Origin: Candidatus Saccharimonadota bacterium
GTDB taxonomy: Bacteria > Patescibacteriota > Saccharimonadia > Saccharimonadales > UBA4665
Reading direction: 5' to 3'
DNA length: 32,000 nucleotides
Assembly (NCBI GenBank): GCA_003516025.1
Contig: CP023991.1
Location: 210,001 to 242,000, forward strand
Part shown: positions 7,877 through 16,059 of the stretch, one piece after another
Numbering within the stretch: the first letter of the stretch is position 1
How the letters are laid out: each line of letters opens with the position of its first letter
The notes under the pieces: model-generated
What the model saw: only the letters and a program-made list of their open reading frames with translations
What the model was told of the DNA's origin: nothing
Databases searched by the model: none
Program-made: the position numbers and the translations under genes

Positions 7877-9262
7877 ATGAGAGTTATTAATGAAACATAC
7901 GCCGTATTTTTTGATACCAATACTATCAAAGGTAAATATTGGCTCGATTATTCTGTAAAAAAGGGAGTAATCTCTATCGGCCAAGAAACCATGATACCTG
8001 TTGAATTATACATACCAGAAGTAGTTCAGAAAGAATGGACTCGATATTATTCTCGATATGTAAAAGAGCAATTCGACAAAATAACTGAGGCGGCCAGTAA
8101 ACTAGCTGAAATGAATTTTAACGATGTAGCCCCTCATGTCTTCGACGAAAAAATAACCCACGATACAGCTGAAAAATTATTAGCCAGTCTAGGTTTCACG
8201 ATTATACCGACTCCTCATGAAAACATTAACTACCCGGCAATTTTAGATTTAGCAGTGAAAAAGCAGCCTCCTTTCGAGCCGTTAGATGGCACTGACAAAG
8301 GTCTGAAAGATGCAATCATCGCAGAAACAATAAAACAATATTCGATTGAGCATCCTGAGCAAAAGATCGTTTTTGTTGGTAGAGACGGGTTGATGACCGA
8401 ATATTTGAAATCCGTAATATCGGCTAAGACAGAAATGTTAGTTTATGAATCTCTTGAAGAATTTTCTGAAGAATTAAAACTCCAGAACAACAATTTGAGC
8501 AAAGAGTTGGCGAAAGGTGCTAGCGATGCATTTTTCGTTCAAGATGTTAAAAGCACTTTTTATTATTTACTCAATATAAAAGATTTATTAATAGGAAAGT
8601 ATAGGTCTAAATTAGTGGATGCTGAGTCTGCAAGAAAACATCTTAGATTAGTGAAAACAACACCTCGTAGTTTGCCTTATTCGACTGTTGCTGGAGGAAA
8701 ATGGAATTTAGATATTAATAAAGTATATGTATCTGACCCAAGCTTCATCGAAAAAAATGCCCAAAATTTATTCTGGAGTGTCACTTTAGACTTTGTGCAA
8801 AATTATAATGTTGAAGTAGTGACGAGTATCGCTGATGCGCCTGCGTCCAAATATGTCGATAAGCATACCGTCGTATACGAACTTACCTGGACAGCAGAAT
8901 TGTCCGCAGATGGCGATTTAATCCATCCATCTATAAAGGACATTGTAGAAGTTACGGAAATTCAATCTATATCGGATACTTCACCCACTACTGCTTTAAG
9001 TAGGCTACTCGACATTCAATATTTAGTGAATCCTACCACAGCATTAACTCAAAATTCGTTAACGGAGACGTTAGATAAATTAAGCGGGGCAACTAAGGTC
9101 TTACCGGACATGTCATGGATTGAAAAAAGCTTAGGATCGCAAAAGATTGCTGATACGTTGGCCGGCATTGCCAAGACAAATATGGTTGAATGGAATACTA
9201 TTCCAATAAAAGATAGAAGCAAAAGGATTTTGGAAGATAAAAAGGATAACGATCTTAATTAA
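7877..9262 (+). CDS. PIN-like (DUF4935-type) domain protein with an unknown C-terminal domain
   Basis: 461 aa. N-terminal FFDTN acidic motif, IPEVVxKEW and GTDKGLKDAIIAET motifs resemble the PIN-like DUF4935 family. Markedly AT-rich (20/60 G+C in the sampled line 7921-7980). Confidence 0.6.
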   Translation: MRVINETYAVFFDTNTIKGKYWLDYSVKKGVISIGQETMIPVELYIPEVVQKEWTRYYSRYVKEQFDKITEAASKLAEMNFNDVAPHVFDEKITHDTAEKLLASLGFTIIPTPHENINYPAILDLAVKKQPPFEPLDGTDKGLKDAIIAETIKQYSIEHPEQKIVFVGRDGLMTEYLKSVISAKTEMLVYESLEEFSEELKLQNNNLSKELAKGASDAFFVQDVKSTFYYLLNIKDLLIGKYRSKLVDAESARKHLRLVKTTPRSLPYSTVAGGKWNLDINKVYVSDPSFIEKNAQNLFWSVTLDFVQNYNVEVVTSIADAPASKYVDKHTVVYELTWTAELSADGDLIHPSIKDIVEVTEIQSISDTSPTTALSRLLDIQYLVNPTTALTQNSLTETLDKLSGATKVLPDMSWIEKSLGSQKIADTLAGIAKTNMVEWNTIPIKDRSKRILEDKKDNDLN

Positions 9263-9332
9263 CAAAAATTAGAATAAAGCAAGGCATTAATAGGCTATTA
9301 CAAGAAATCATAAATACTTATGCATCATATTA

Positions 9333-10712
9333 CTAGGCGCTGGCGGCTTCTTGTAAAGCGGCGCCACTGATCTCGTAGCGGCGGCCTTCCGTGCCCCAAC
9401 CCTTAACTTCATCTTTGAATTTGCCCATGACCATAACTTCGAAGAAAGCTATGAAGTAAATGCCGATTTCCAGCCAGCGCAGGAAGTAGAAGTAAGGAAT
9501 CGAACCAAGCATGTTCCAGCGGCGAATAGCAACTGACGCCCATACGGCGATAAGGCTGTTAATAATGTAATCAGCGGCAATAGCAACCGGAATGATCATC
9601 CAGTTACCGGTAACGTAAATGATGTAAGGCAGTAGGATAGAAATTTGCAGCACAAACAGCAGGGCTTGGCCCATCTGGAAGCCGAGGCTGGCGTCAATTT
9701 TCTGGCCATGCAGACCAATTTTATACTTTTTGACACCTTGGAAGAAACCGCGTTGCCAACGCATATTTTGTTTGCAAAAATCTTTGAGTGTTTGCGGGTC
9801 CTGAGTGTAGTTGACGGCTTTTGGAATAAACACGATTTTACCGAGCTTTTTGCGGTGAACCTGTAGTGTGATGTCGAAGTCTTCGGTTAAGCTGGCGCCG
9901 TCTAGTTCAAGCTCCTTCCAGATATCCATCCGGAAACAAGTGATTGGGCCGGGAAATACTGAAATCATGCCCAGTTTAGCCTGGATGCGGCGGTTTACGT
10001 GCTGGCTATAGGAATACGTCAGGGCGCGGTAGGTGCTGATCCAGTTGCCCTTAAGGCTTTGTACGAAGCCAACGGCCACCGCGTACTTGCTGGCATCGAG
10101 CTTTTTATAGTATTCACGGAAATAGTTTGGTGAGAATACGCTGTCGGCATCGGCAATGTGCAACCACACGTAGCGGTTTTCCATGTCGAAGTGCTGTACG
10201 GCCTTCTGTACGGCCAAGGCTTTACCGCTGCGACTCACGGTTAGTACATTTGCGTCTCCGAGTAATTCGCGGGCAATTTCTTCGGTGCGGTCGGTCGAGG
10301 CGTCATTAACTACGTAAATTGATTCGATTGGCTGACCGGCCGCTACGGCAGACTGAATAGTATAGGCGACAATTAGTTCTTCGTTGTGTCCTGGTAGAAG
10401 TAAGGCCAGCTCTCTTTTTGCCGGAGCAAGGACTGGTGTCGTCGTCCACGGGTCAATGGGGGCTTCGACAACCGGCAGCGCAGTAATAACAGGGACAATG
10501 GGCGGCAACTTTGGGAGCGCGGCGGCTGGCTCGGTATGGGCAACGGGCCGAGCGGTAACTGTGGTTCGCTGGCTAGGCTGCACCGGACGGGGCGTATAGC
10601 CAGGGGTACGTCCGGTCGGCGCGGTAGCAAAGCTACGGCGAGTATACACGGCAACAATAGGCTGTCGTTCTACAAATTGCGGACTGGACCGATGGTCCCT
10701 AACCTCAGACAT
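9333..10712 (-). CDS. processive family-2 glycosyltransferase (NodC/IcaA/PgaC/chitin-synthase-like) with a Pro-rich N-terminal extension
   Basis: DASTD and DADS acidic motifs, QNMRWQRG (QxxRW), C-terminal TM helices. The start is ambiguous. The ATG at 10712 lies 9 nt downstream of TGCTATAAT (10730-10722), and the ATG at 10739 would contain that box. Confidence 0.8.
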   Translation of the reverse strand: MSEVRDHRSSPQFVERQPIVAVYTRRSFATAPTGRTPGYTPRPVQPSQRTTVTARPVAHTEPAAALPKLPPIVPVITALPVVEAPIDPWTTTPVLAPAKRELALLLPGHNEELIVAYTIQSAVAAGQPIESIYVVNDASTDRTEEIARELLGDANVLTVSRSGKALAVQKAVQHFDMENRYVWLHIADADSVFSPNYFREYYKKLDASKYAVAVGFVQSLKGNWISTYRALTYSYSQHVNRRIQAKLGMISVFPGPITCFRMDIWKELELDGASLTEDFDITLQVHRKKLGKIVFIPKAVNYTQDPQTLKDFCKQNMRWQRGFFQGVKKYKIGLHGQKIDASLGFQMGQALLFVLQISILLPYIIYVTGNWMIIPVAIAADYIINSLIAVWASVAIRRWNMLGSIPYFYFLRWLEIGIYFIAFFEVMVMGKFKDEVKGWGTEGRRYEISGAALQEAASA

Positions 10713-10764
10713 AATACTTGCATTATAGCATAAATACAATAAAAATGCAAGTATGGCAAATATG

Positions 10765-12294
10765 TTACATTTCGTGCATCACGGTAATGTGCGCGCCAAG
10801 CGAGTTCAAGCGTTCTGCTAAGTCTTCATAACCCCGGTTAATAGTATAGACATTGCGCAGAATACTGTTGCCATTAGCCGCAAGCATACCGATGAGCAGT
10901 AACGAAGCGGGGCGCAAGGCAGGCGGGCACACCACATCGGCCGCGCTGAACTTAGTTGGACCAGTGACGTATACGCGGTGCGGATCAGCTAATTCGACAT
11001 TGGCGCCGACTTTTGTCATCTCGGTGTAGTAAATGGCGCGGTTTTCATAGGTCCAGTCATGGATGAGCGTCCGGCCGCGGGTTACGGACGCGATTGGCAC
11101 GAAGTAGGGTAGGTTGTCCTGGTTGAGGCCGGGGTAAACGTTAGCGTGGATCTTCTCTGTTAGGGCATGCAGTTTGCCATCATGTTTATGGATGGTGAGG
11201 TCGACCAGGTCGGTTTTACCATTGGTGGCCTTGTAGCGCTCGCTTTCGGTGTAGGAAAGCCCCATTTTCTTCAGTTTGAGCATTTCAAGCGCCATAAAGT
11301 CGACGGGAACACGCTTAATGGTAATTTCTGAGTTGGTTGTTACGGCTGCCGAGGTAAAGAACATGGCTTCGATTGGGTCTTCACTTGGGGCGAAGGTAAC
11401 ATTTTTCCGAATTTCCGAAACGCCTTTGATGCGTAGTGTGCTGGTGCCTATACCTTCGATCTGGACGCCAAGCTTCTGCAGGAAGAAACAGATATCCTGC
11501 ACCATGTAGTTGGCGCTGGCAAATTGCAGTACCGACTCTTCCGGTGAGCGGGCGGCCGCTAACAGGGCGTTTTCGGTTACGGTATCACCTGATTCGTAGA
11601 GGACAATGCGCCCGGCTGGTTTTTTATCGACCGTCACATTGTAGTGGCCATTGGTAGCCACGATGTCGACGCCAAACTCTTCAAGCGCGTACAAATGCGG
11701 CGTAACGGTGCGGGTGCCAAGCTTACAGCCGCCGGCGTAGGGAATCTTGAACGCCTGGTAGTCGTGTAGCAGCGAGCCGATCATCATCAGTACGGAACGG
11801 GTCTTACGGGCCGCCTGAATGTTGATTTTCTCCAATTTCAGCTCTTCAGGCCGGCGGATTTCGATATCGTTGCCGGGCAGCCACTTAACCTGCACGCCCA
11901 TGCTTTCCAGGACTTCGATAATACGGTACACCTCTTCGATGCGCGGGAACGACGTAAACTTAGTGACGCCCTTGTTCAGCAGGCTGGCGCACAGCAGGGC
12001 GACGGCGGCATTTTTACTGGTCTTAAGGGTAATTTCTCCATGCAGTTCGTGGCCGCCTTCGATGCGCAGGTTCATGGCGGTGCCGTTTAAAGAGATAAGC
12101 TGCTTGTTGAGGACGTCGCTGATACGGCCTAATGTCTCCATGGTCAGGTTTTGCTTGCCCTGTTCGATGCGGTTGACGGCTGACTGGCTGGTGGCCAGCT
12201 TTTTAGCGAATTCCGCCTGGGTAAGGCCGCGTTCCTGGCGGATGCGGGCAATTAAAGTGCCAATCTTATTACTGTTTGGGTCAGCTGTTTCCAT
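10765..12294 (-). CDS. murA: XRE-type HTH domain fused to UDP-N-acetylglucosamine 1-carboxyvinyltransferase
   Basis: 509 aa. Residues ~10-65 are a Cro/C1-type HTH (LTQAEFAKKL..SQSAVNRIEQGKQN). The remainder is full-length MurA (KTSKNAAVALL, catalytic Cys in YAGGCKLGTR). Confidence 0.85.
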   Translation of the reverse strand: METADPNSNKIGTLIARIRQERGLTQAEFAKKLATSQSAVNRIEQGKQNLTMETLGRISDVLNKQLISLNGTAMNLRIEGGHELHGEITLKTSKNAAVALLCASLLNKGVTKFTSFPRIEEVYRIIEVLESMGVQVKWLPGNDIEIRRPEELKLEKINIQAARKTRSVLMMIGSLLHDYQAFKIPYAGGCKLGTRTVTPHLYALEEFGVDIVATNGHYNVTVDKKPAGRIVLYESGDTVTENALLAAARSPEESVLQFASANYMVQDICFFLQKLGVQIEGIGTSTLRIKGVSEIRKNVTFAPSEDPIEAMFFTSAAVTTNSEITIKRVPVDFMALEMLKLKKMGLSYTESERYKATNGKTDLVDLTIHKHDGKLHALTEKIHANVYPGLNQDNLPYFVPIASVTRGRTLIHDWTYENRAIYYTEMTKVGANVELADPHRVYVTGPTKFSAADVVCPPALRPASLLLIGMLAANGNSILRNVYTINRGYEDLAERLNSLGAHITVMHEM

Positions 12295-12319
12295 GGTTGG
12301 TTCTCGTTTAATAAATGTA

Positions 12320-12339
12320 TTATATCATATATGATATAA
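12320..12339. promoter_or_regulatory. perfect 20-bp palindrome TTATATCATATATGATATAA (candidate operator)
   Basis: Exact self-complementarity checked base by base. It lies 26 bp upstream of the HTH::murA start and overlaps a minus-strand TATAAT. Confidence 0.6.
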
Positions 12340-12413
12340 AGTGTAGCAGTATATTTTTATGTTGGTTTACTGTTCATAACTGTATACCATAGGCCGTTAC
12401 TGTCAACGGGGAA

Positions 12414-12442
12414 TTGCACTTATGGTAACTATTACATAAAAT
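12414..12442 (+). promoter_or_regulatory. sigma70-type promoter of glyA
   Basis: TTGCAC, 17-nt spacer, TAAAAT. Confidence 0.55.
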
Positions 12443-12515
12443 ACGCTTATGATTTAGCTAATTGCCCCTATGCCATATACTAGAATCAACGGACTTGAAA
12501 AAGGGGACTAAAGCC

Positions 12516-13796
12516 ATGCAGGATACTGAAATTCAAAAACTGATCGAAGCCGAGGAAAAACGTCAGCGTGAGGGCCTGGAGCTGATTCCAAGCGAAAACT
12601 ATGTTTCCCGCGATGTTTTGACGGCCATGGGTAGTATTTTTACGAATAAATATTCCGAGGGCTACCCCGGCAGGCGTTATTACGGTGGCCAGGAAAACAC
12701 CGACAAACTGGAAACTATAGCCATCGAGCGGGCTAAGAAATTATTTAACGCCGACCATGCCAACGTGCAACCGCACTCGGGAGCACCGGCCAACGAAGCC
12801 GTCTACAGCGCCTGGCTCGAACCAGGTGATACCGTTTTAGCCATGGATTTAGGCCACGGCGGCCACTTAACGCACGGCGCGCCGGTTACCCGCAGCGCCA
12901 AACTGTACAACTTCATACGCTATAAGATGAAAGACCCGGCCACCGGCGAGATCGATTACGAAGAACTGGCTGAGTTAGCGCGCAAACACCAGCCGAAAAT
13001 TATTCTGGCAGGTTTTAGCGCCTATCCACGTGAGCTGGACTATGCTAAATTCGCTGAAATCGGCAAGTCCGTACCTGGTTGCTTGCTGATGGCTGATATG
13101 GCCCATATCGCCGGTTTAATTGCTGCCGGTGTCGCTAAAAATCCGTTTGATTACGGTTTCCATGTTATCACCACGACTACTCATAAGACGCTGCGCGGTC
13201 CACGCGGCGGCTTGATTTTGTCCAAAGGCGTCGTTGGCAATCCGCTCCGCGCACCCGAAAAGACGCTGGAAAATATCCCGACCCTTATCGACCGTGCGGT
13301 CTTCCCGGGCATGCAGGGCGGGCCGCATATGCATATTATTGCCGCTAAAGCCGTAGCTTTCGGCGAGGCCTTGAAGCCTGAATTTAAACAGTATGCTGAG
13401 CAGATCGTCAAGAATGCCGCTACGTTGGCTGACGCGCTCAAAAACCGCGGCTTTTACCTCATGACCGGCGGCACCAGTAACCACCTGATTCTAGCCGATG
13501 TTCATAAAAGTTTTGGCCTGGACGGTAATGTCGTGGAAGTGGCGCTTGATAAAATCGGCCTGACCCTCAATAAAAACTCCGTAGCCGACGATCCGCTGCC
13601 ACCGTTCCGCCCCAGCGGTATTCGCCTCGGTACGCCGGCCATTACGACCCGCGGCCTGGTTGAAAAAGACATGGAGCAGATTGCCGAATGGATGAAGCAG
13701 GCAGTTGATAACTACGAAGATGATGCCAAGCTGGTAGAAATTCATGAAGAAGTAAAAGCTTTCGCTTTGCGGTTCCCATTACCAAGCGATACGTAA
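12516..13796 (+). CDS. glyA: serine hydroxymethyltransferase
   Basis: LIPSENY motif and PLP-lysine motif TTTTHKTLRGPRGG. The ATG at 12516 follows AAAGGGGA, so it is preferred over the upstream TTG-type start at 12462. Confidence 0.93.
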   Translation: MQDTEIQKLIEAEEKRQREGLELIPSENYVSRDVLTAMGSIFTNKYSEGYPGRRYYGGQENTDKLETIAIERAKKLFNADHANVQPHSGAPANEAVYSAWLEPGDTVLAMDLGHGGHLTHGAPVTRSAKLYNFIRYKMKDPATGEIDYEELAELARKHQPKIILAGFSAYPRELDYAKFAEIGKSVPGCLLMADMAHIAGLIAAGVAKNPFDYGFHVITTTTHKTLRGPRGGLILSKGVVGNPLRAPEKTLENIPTLIDRAVFPGMQGGPHMHIIAAKAVAFGEALKPEFKQYAEQIVKNAATLADALKNRGFYLMTGGTSNHLILADVHKSFGLDGNVVEVALDKIGLTLNKNSVADDPLPPFRPSGIRLGTPAITTRGLVEKDMEQIAEWMKQAVDNYEDDAKLVEIHEEVKAFALRFPLPSDT

Positions 13797-13805
13797 GGAG
13801 GCTTT

Positions 13806-14289
13806 ATGGCTGACAAAAGGTTCATGACGAGACAAGCGGTTTTTGTTGTGCTGCGTAATGGTAATGGCGAGGTATTGTTGCAACAACGGGCGAATACCGG
13901 TTACCTAGACGGTTACTGGGATTTGCCAAGCGGTCACGTGGAATATGTATGGCGAATCTTTTCGTAAAACGGCGGCACGTGAGCTTAACGAGGAAGTTGG
14001 CGTAGAGGTTGCGATAGACGACTTACGGCTTATTCATGTGGATCAGTCTTTTCTTGATAGAGATTATGTGAACTTGACCTTCGTGGCCGATGCATGGAGC
14101 GGTCAGCCACGAATCTGTGAACCGGAAAAGTGCAGCGCTATCGGTTGGTTCGCAACCGATGATTTACCAGAAAAGAGTGTCAATGTAGTACGCGTTAACG
14201 AACGGGCGGGTTTTACTGACGCGCTGACGTATTCGACGACCGATCAAAAGGCATATGAAAGTTTCATGGGCGGGCCACTTGAGCCGTAG
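13806..14289 (+). pseudogene. NUDIX hydrolase interrupted by a +1 frameshift
   Basis: A GGAGG RBS precedes the ATG at 13806. Frame 1 encodes ...GYWDLPSGHVEY and stops at 13965. The rest of the NUDIX box (GESFRKTAARELNEEVG) continues in the +1 frame from 13945. The junction is the tandem TATGTATG at 13944-13951. Confidence 0.75.
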
Positions 14290-15319
14290 TAGGTAATAAT
14301 TCCGGTTCCTGTTCCAGTGTAATTTGAAATTTTGTGAAAACCGCATCCACGATTTTTGTTTTAAACTTCACGAGATCAGCGGTACTGGCAGCGTGTTCAT
14401 TCACTAATACCAGAGGTTGGGTTTTCCAGGTCGCCATGCCAGTTTCCGTATCGTGGTAATCTTTAAAGCCGGCCTGTTCGATGAGCCAGGCGGCTGGTAT
14501 CTTACGTTTATCGGGTTCGTCAGTCAGCCATAGGGGCATTTCCGTAAATGTCGCACTAAGTTTCTCTGCTAATGATGTATCTATTATCGGGTTGGCAAAA
14601 AACGACCCATTATTGGCTACCCGCGCCGGGTCCGGCAGCTTATGCGACCGGATGTCTATAACCGCCTCACGTACCGACTGGGGCGTAAAGCTGGTAATGC
14701 CATGGCTACCAAAATAGTCTTCGACGGCCCGGTAAAATGGCGGCTGAGGATTATCACACGCTAGCCGCAATGTGATATGTGTAATAAGGAAGCGGCCACG
14801 ATCAACAGTTTTGAAACGACTGGAACGATAGGCAAACTGGCAATCTTGTGCGGCTATGGTCACAAATTGCTTTGTTTGTAGGTCGTAAGCTTCTAGGTCA
14901 AGGAGTGTCTCCGATATATCCTGGCCGTAAGCGCCAACGTTTTGAATCGGGGTAGCACCTGTTGTGCCAGGGATGAGCGAAAGGGCTTCGATACCGCTCA
15001 AGCCACTAGCTACGGTTCGGGCCACCATACTGTCCCAGCCCTCACCGGCACCGATTGTAACGTCAACGAGACGGTCGGAGACTGGGGTTTCGGCGTAACC
15101 ACCTATTTTGTTTACCAGTAGTAAACCGTCGAAGCCGGAATCCTGCCAAACAATATTACTGCCGCCGCCGATCATCAGAATAGGAAGGTTTTTGCCCGCG
15201 GCCCAGGACGCCGCTTCAACAAGATTATGCTTATTTGTGATTTCCATCACATAACGGGCGTTGCCACCCAGCCGCATAGTGGAGTACAGGGCAAGGTTTA
15301 CATTTTCAAGTGGCTTCAT
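14264..15319 (-). CDS. murB: UDP-N-acetylenolpyruvoylglucosamine reductase
   Basis: 351 aa. FAD-binding N-terminal region (RLGGNA...GGGSN) and MurB C-terminal domain. The 3' end overlaps the NUDIX remnant by 26 bp. Confidence 0.88.
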   Translation of the reverse strand: MKPLENVNLALYSTMRLGGNARYVMEITNKHNLVEAASWAAGKNLPILMIGGGSNIVWQDSGFDGLLLVNKIGGYAETPVSDRLVDVTIGAGEGWDSMVARTVASGLSGIEALSLIPGTTGATPIQNVGAYGQDISETLLDLEAYDLQTKQFVTIAAQDCQFAYRSSRFKTVDRGRFLITHITLRLACDNPQPPFYRAVEDYFGSHGITSFTPQSVREAVIDIRSHKLPDPARVANNGSFFANPIIDTSLAEKLSATFTEMPLWLTDEPDKRKIPAAWLIEQAGFKDYHDTETGMATWKTQPLVLVNEHAASTADLVKFKTKIVDAVFTKFQITLEQEPELLPTTAQVARP

Positions 15320-15355
15320 GACGCTTATTATACCCTATGATGACTGCGCTCGTGC

Positions 15356-15955
15356 TTGCCAGCGGGCGGGCAGAAGTTTACTATAAAAGGAGTGCAGGAT
15401 TCGAATCAGAATACACCATTTAGGACTCTTGGCAACCGACTGAAGTATTTGCGTGAGCGTTCTAAGGAAACGCTTGCCGAAGTGTCAGGTGCTGTTGAAA
15501 TTGACGAAGAAAGCTTGCTTCGTATGGAAAACGGAACGGAACGGCCAAGCGAAGAAATTCTCATGCTTCTCATGAGCCACTTTAATATGCAGGATAGTGA
15601 GGCGGTACAGGTCTGGGAACTGGCCGGATATGACCGTAAGAATGGTCCTGAACTGCTCAATTCTGAGGACTTAATGGGGAATAACAAACCCGTGGTTATG
15701 CTGCTGGCTGTTGATGTCCGTACCCAGTACACGGACGGCGTCGACATTAACGGCGACAACGCCGGTATTACTATGACATTTACGCAGCAGGGCAGTAACA
15801 ATACCCGCCAGCCGGTGGCCCGGGTTGGCATGAGTGTAGAGCAAGCTAAAGCTGTTTCCATAGCTTTACAGCGCACACTGCTGCACTTGGCTTATCAGCG
15901 CCGTAAGGGGCTGCCATCGCCGGACAACTCCAGTAATTCAGGTGAAAAGTCCTAA
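15356..15955 (+). CDS. XRE-family HTH protein with an uncharacterised C-terminal domain
   Basis: HTH region LGNRLKYLRERSKETLAEVSGAVEIDEESLLRMENG. The start codon is uncertain (TTG at 15356 or GTG at 15392). Confidence 0.7.
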   Translation: MPAGGQKFTIKGVQDSNQNTPFRTLGNRLKYLRERSKETLAEVSGAVEIDEESLLRMENGTERPSEEILMLLMSHFNMQDSEAVQVWELAGYDRKNGPELLNSEDLMGNNKPVVMLLAVDVRTQYTDGVDINGDNAGITMTFTQQGSNNTRQPVARVGMSVEQAKAVSIALQRTLLHLAYQRRKGLPSPDNSSNSGEKS

Positions 15956-16059
15956 ATTTCTCTTTTTGTAAAAAAAGTTTGCGCTTAAGTTAAATCCTTC
16001 ACTGTGCTCACGCTTACTGTGGCCTATAGTGTAATGAGTACTTAAGGAGAACATCACGA

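Noticed and set aside
7869-9340. 7-bp direct repeat TAGGCGC flanking the low-GC PIN-like gene (7869-7875 and 9334-9340) as a possible target-site duplication
   Set aside because: Seven bp is too short to be significant in 32 kb. There are no terminal inverted repeats or mobility genes, and the right copy overlaps the GT2 stop codon.
11819-12334. 171-aa ORF antisense to HTH::murA. Similar shadow ORFs lie opposite the ABC ATPase (25860-26375), the permease (25192-25599), the HTH gene (15406-15876), ugd, glyA, the helicase and the 1906-2565 gene.
   Set aside because: Each overlaps a confidently identified gene on the other strand, and none has an RBS or recognisable motifs.
12393-12408. Small hairpin ccgtt-actgtc-aacgg upstream of the glyA -35 box
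   Set aside because: A 5-bp stem with no T-tract and no symmetry partner. It is indistinguishable from chance.
15320-15345. Possible second copy of the murA palindrome half-site upstream of murB and the 15356 HTH gene (cttattataccctatgatgac)
   Set aside because: Only scattered matches (TTAT…TATGAT) and no dyad symmetry. Too weak to call without a computed motif search.
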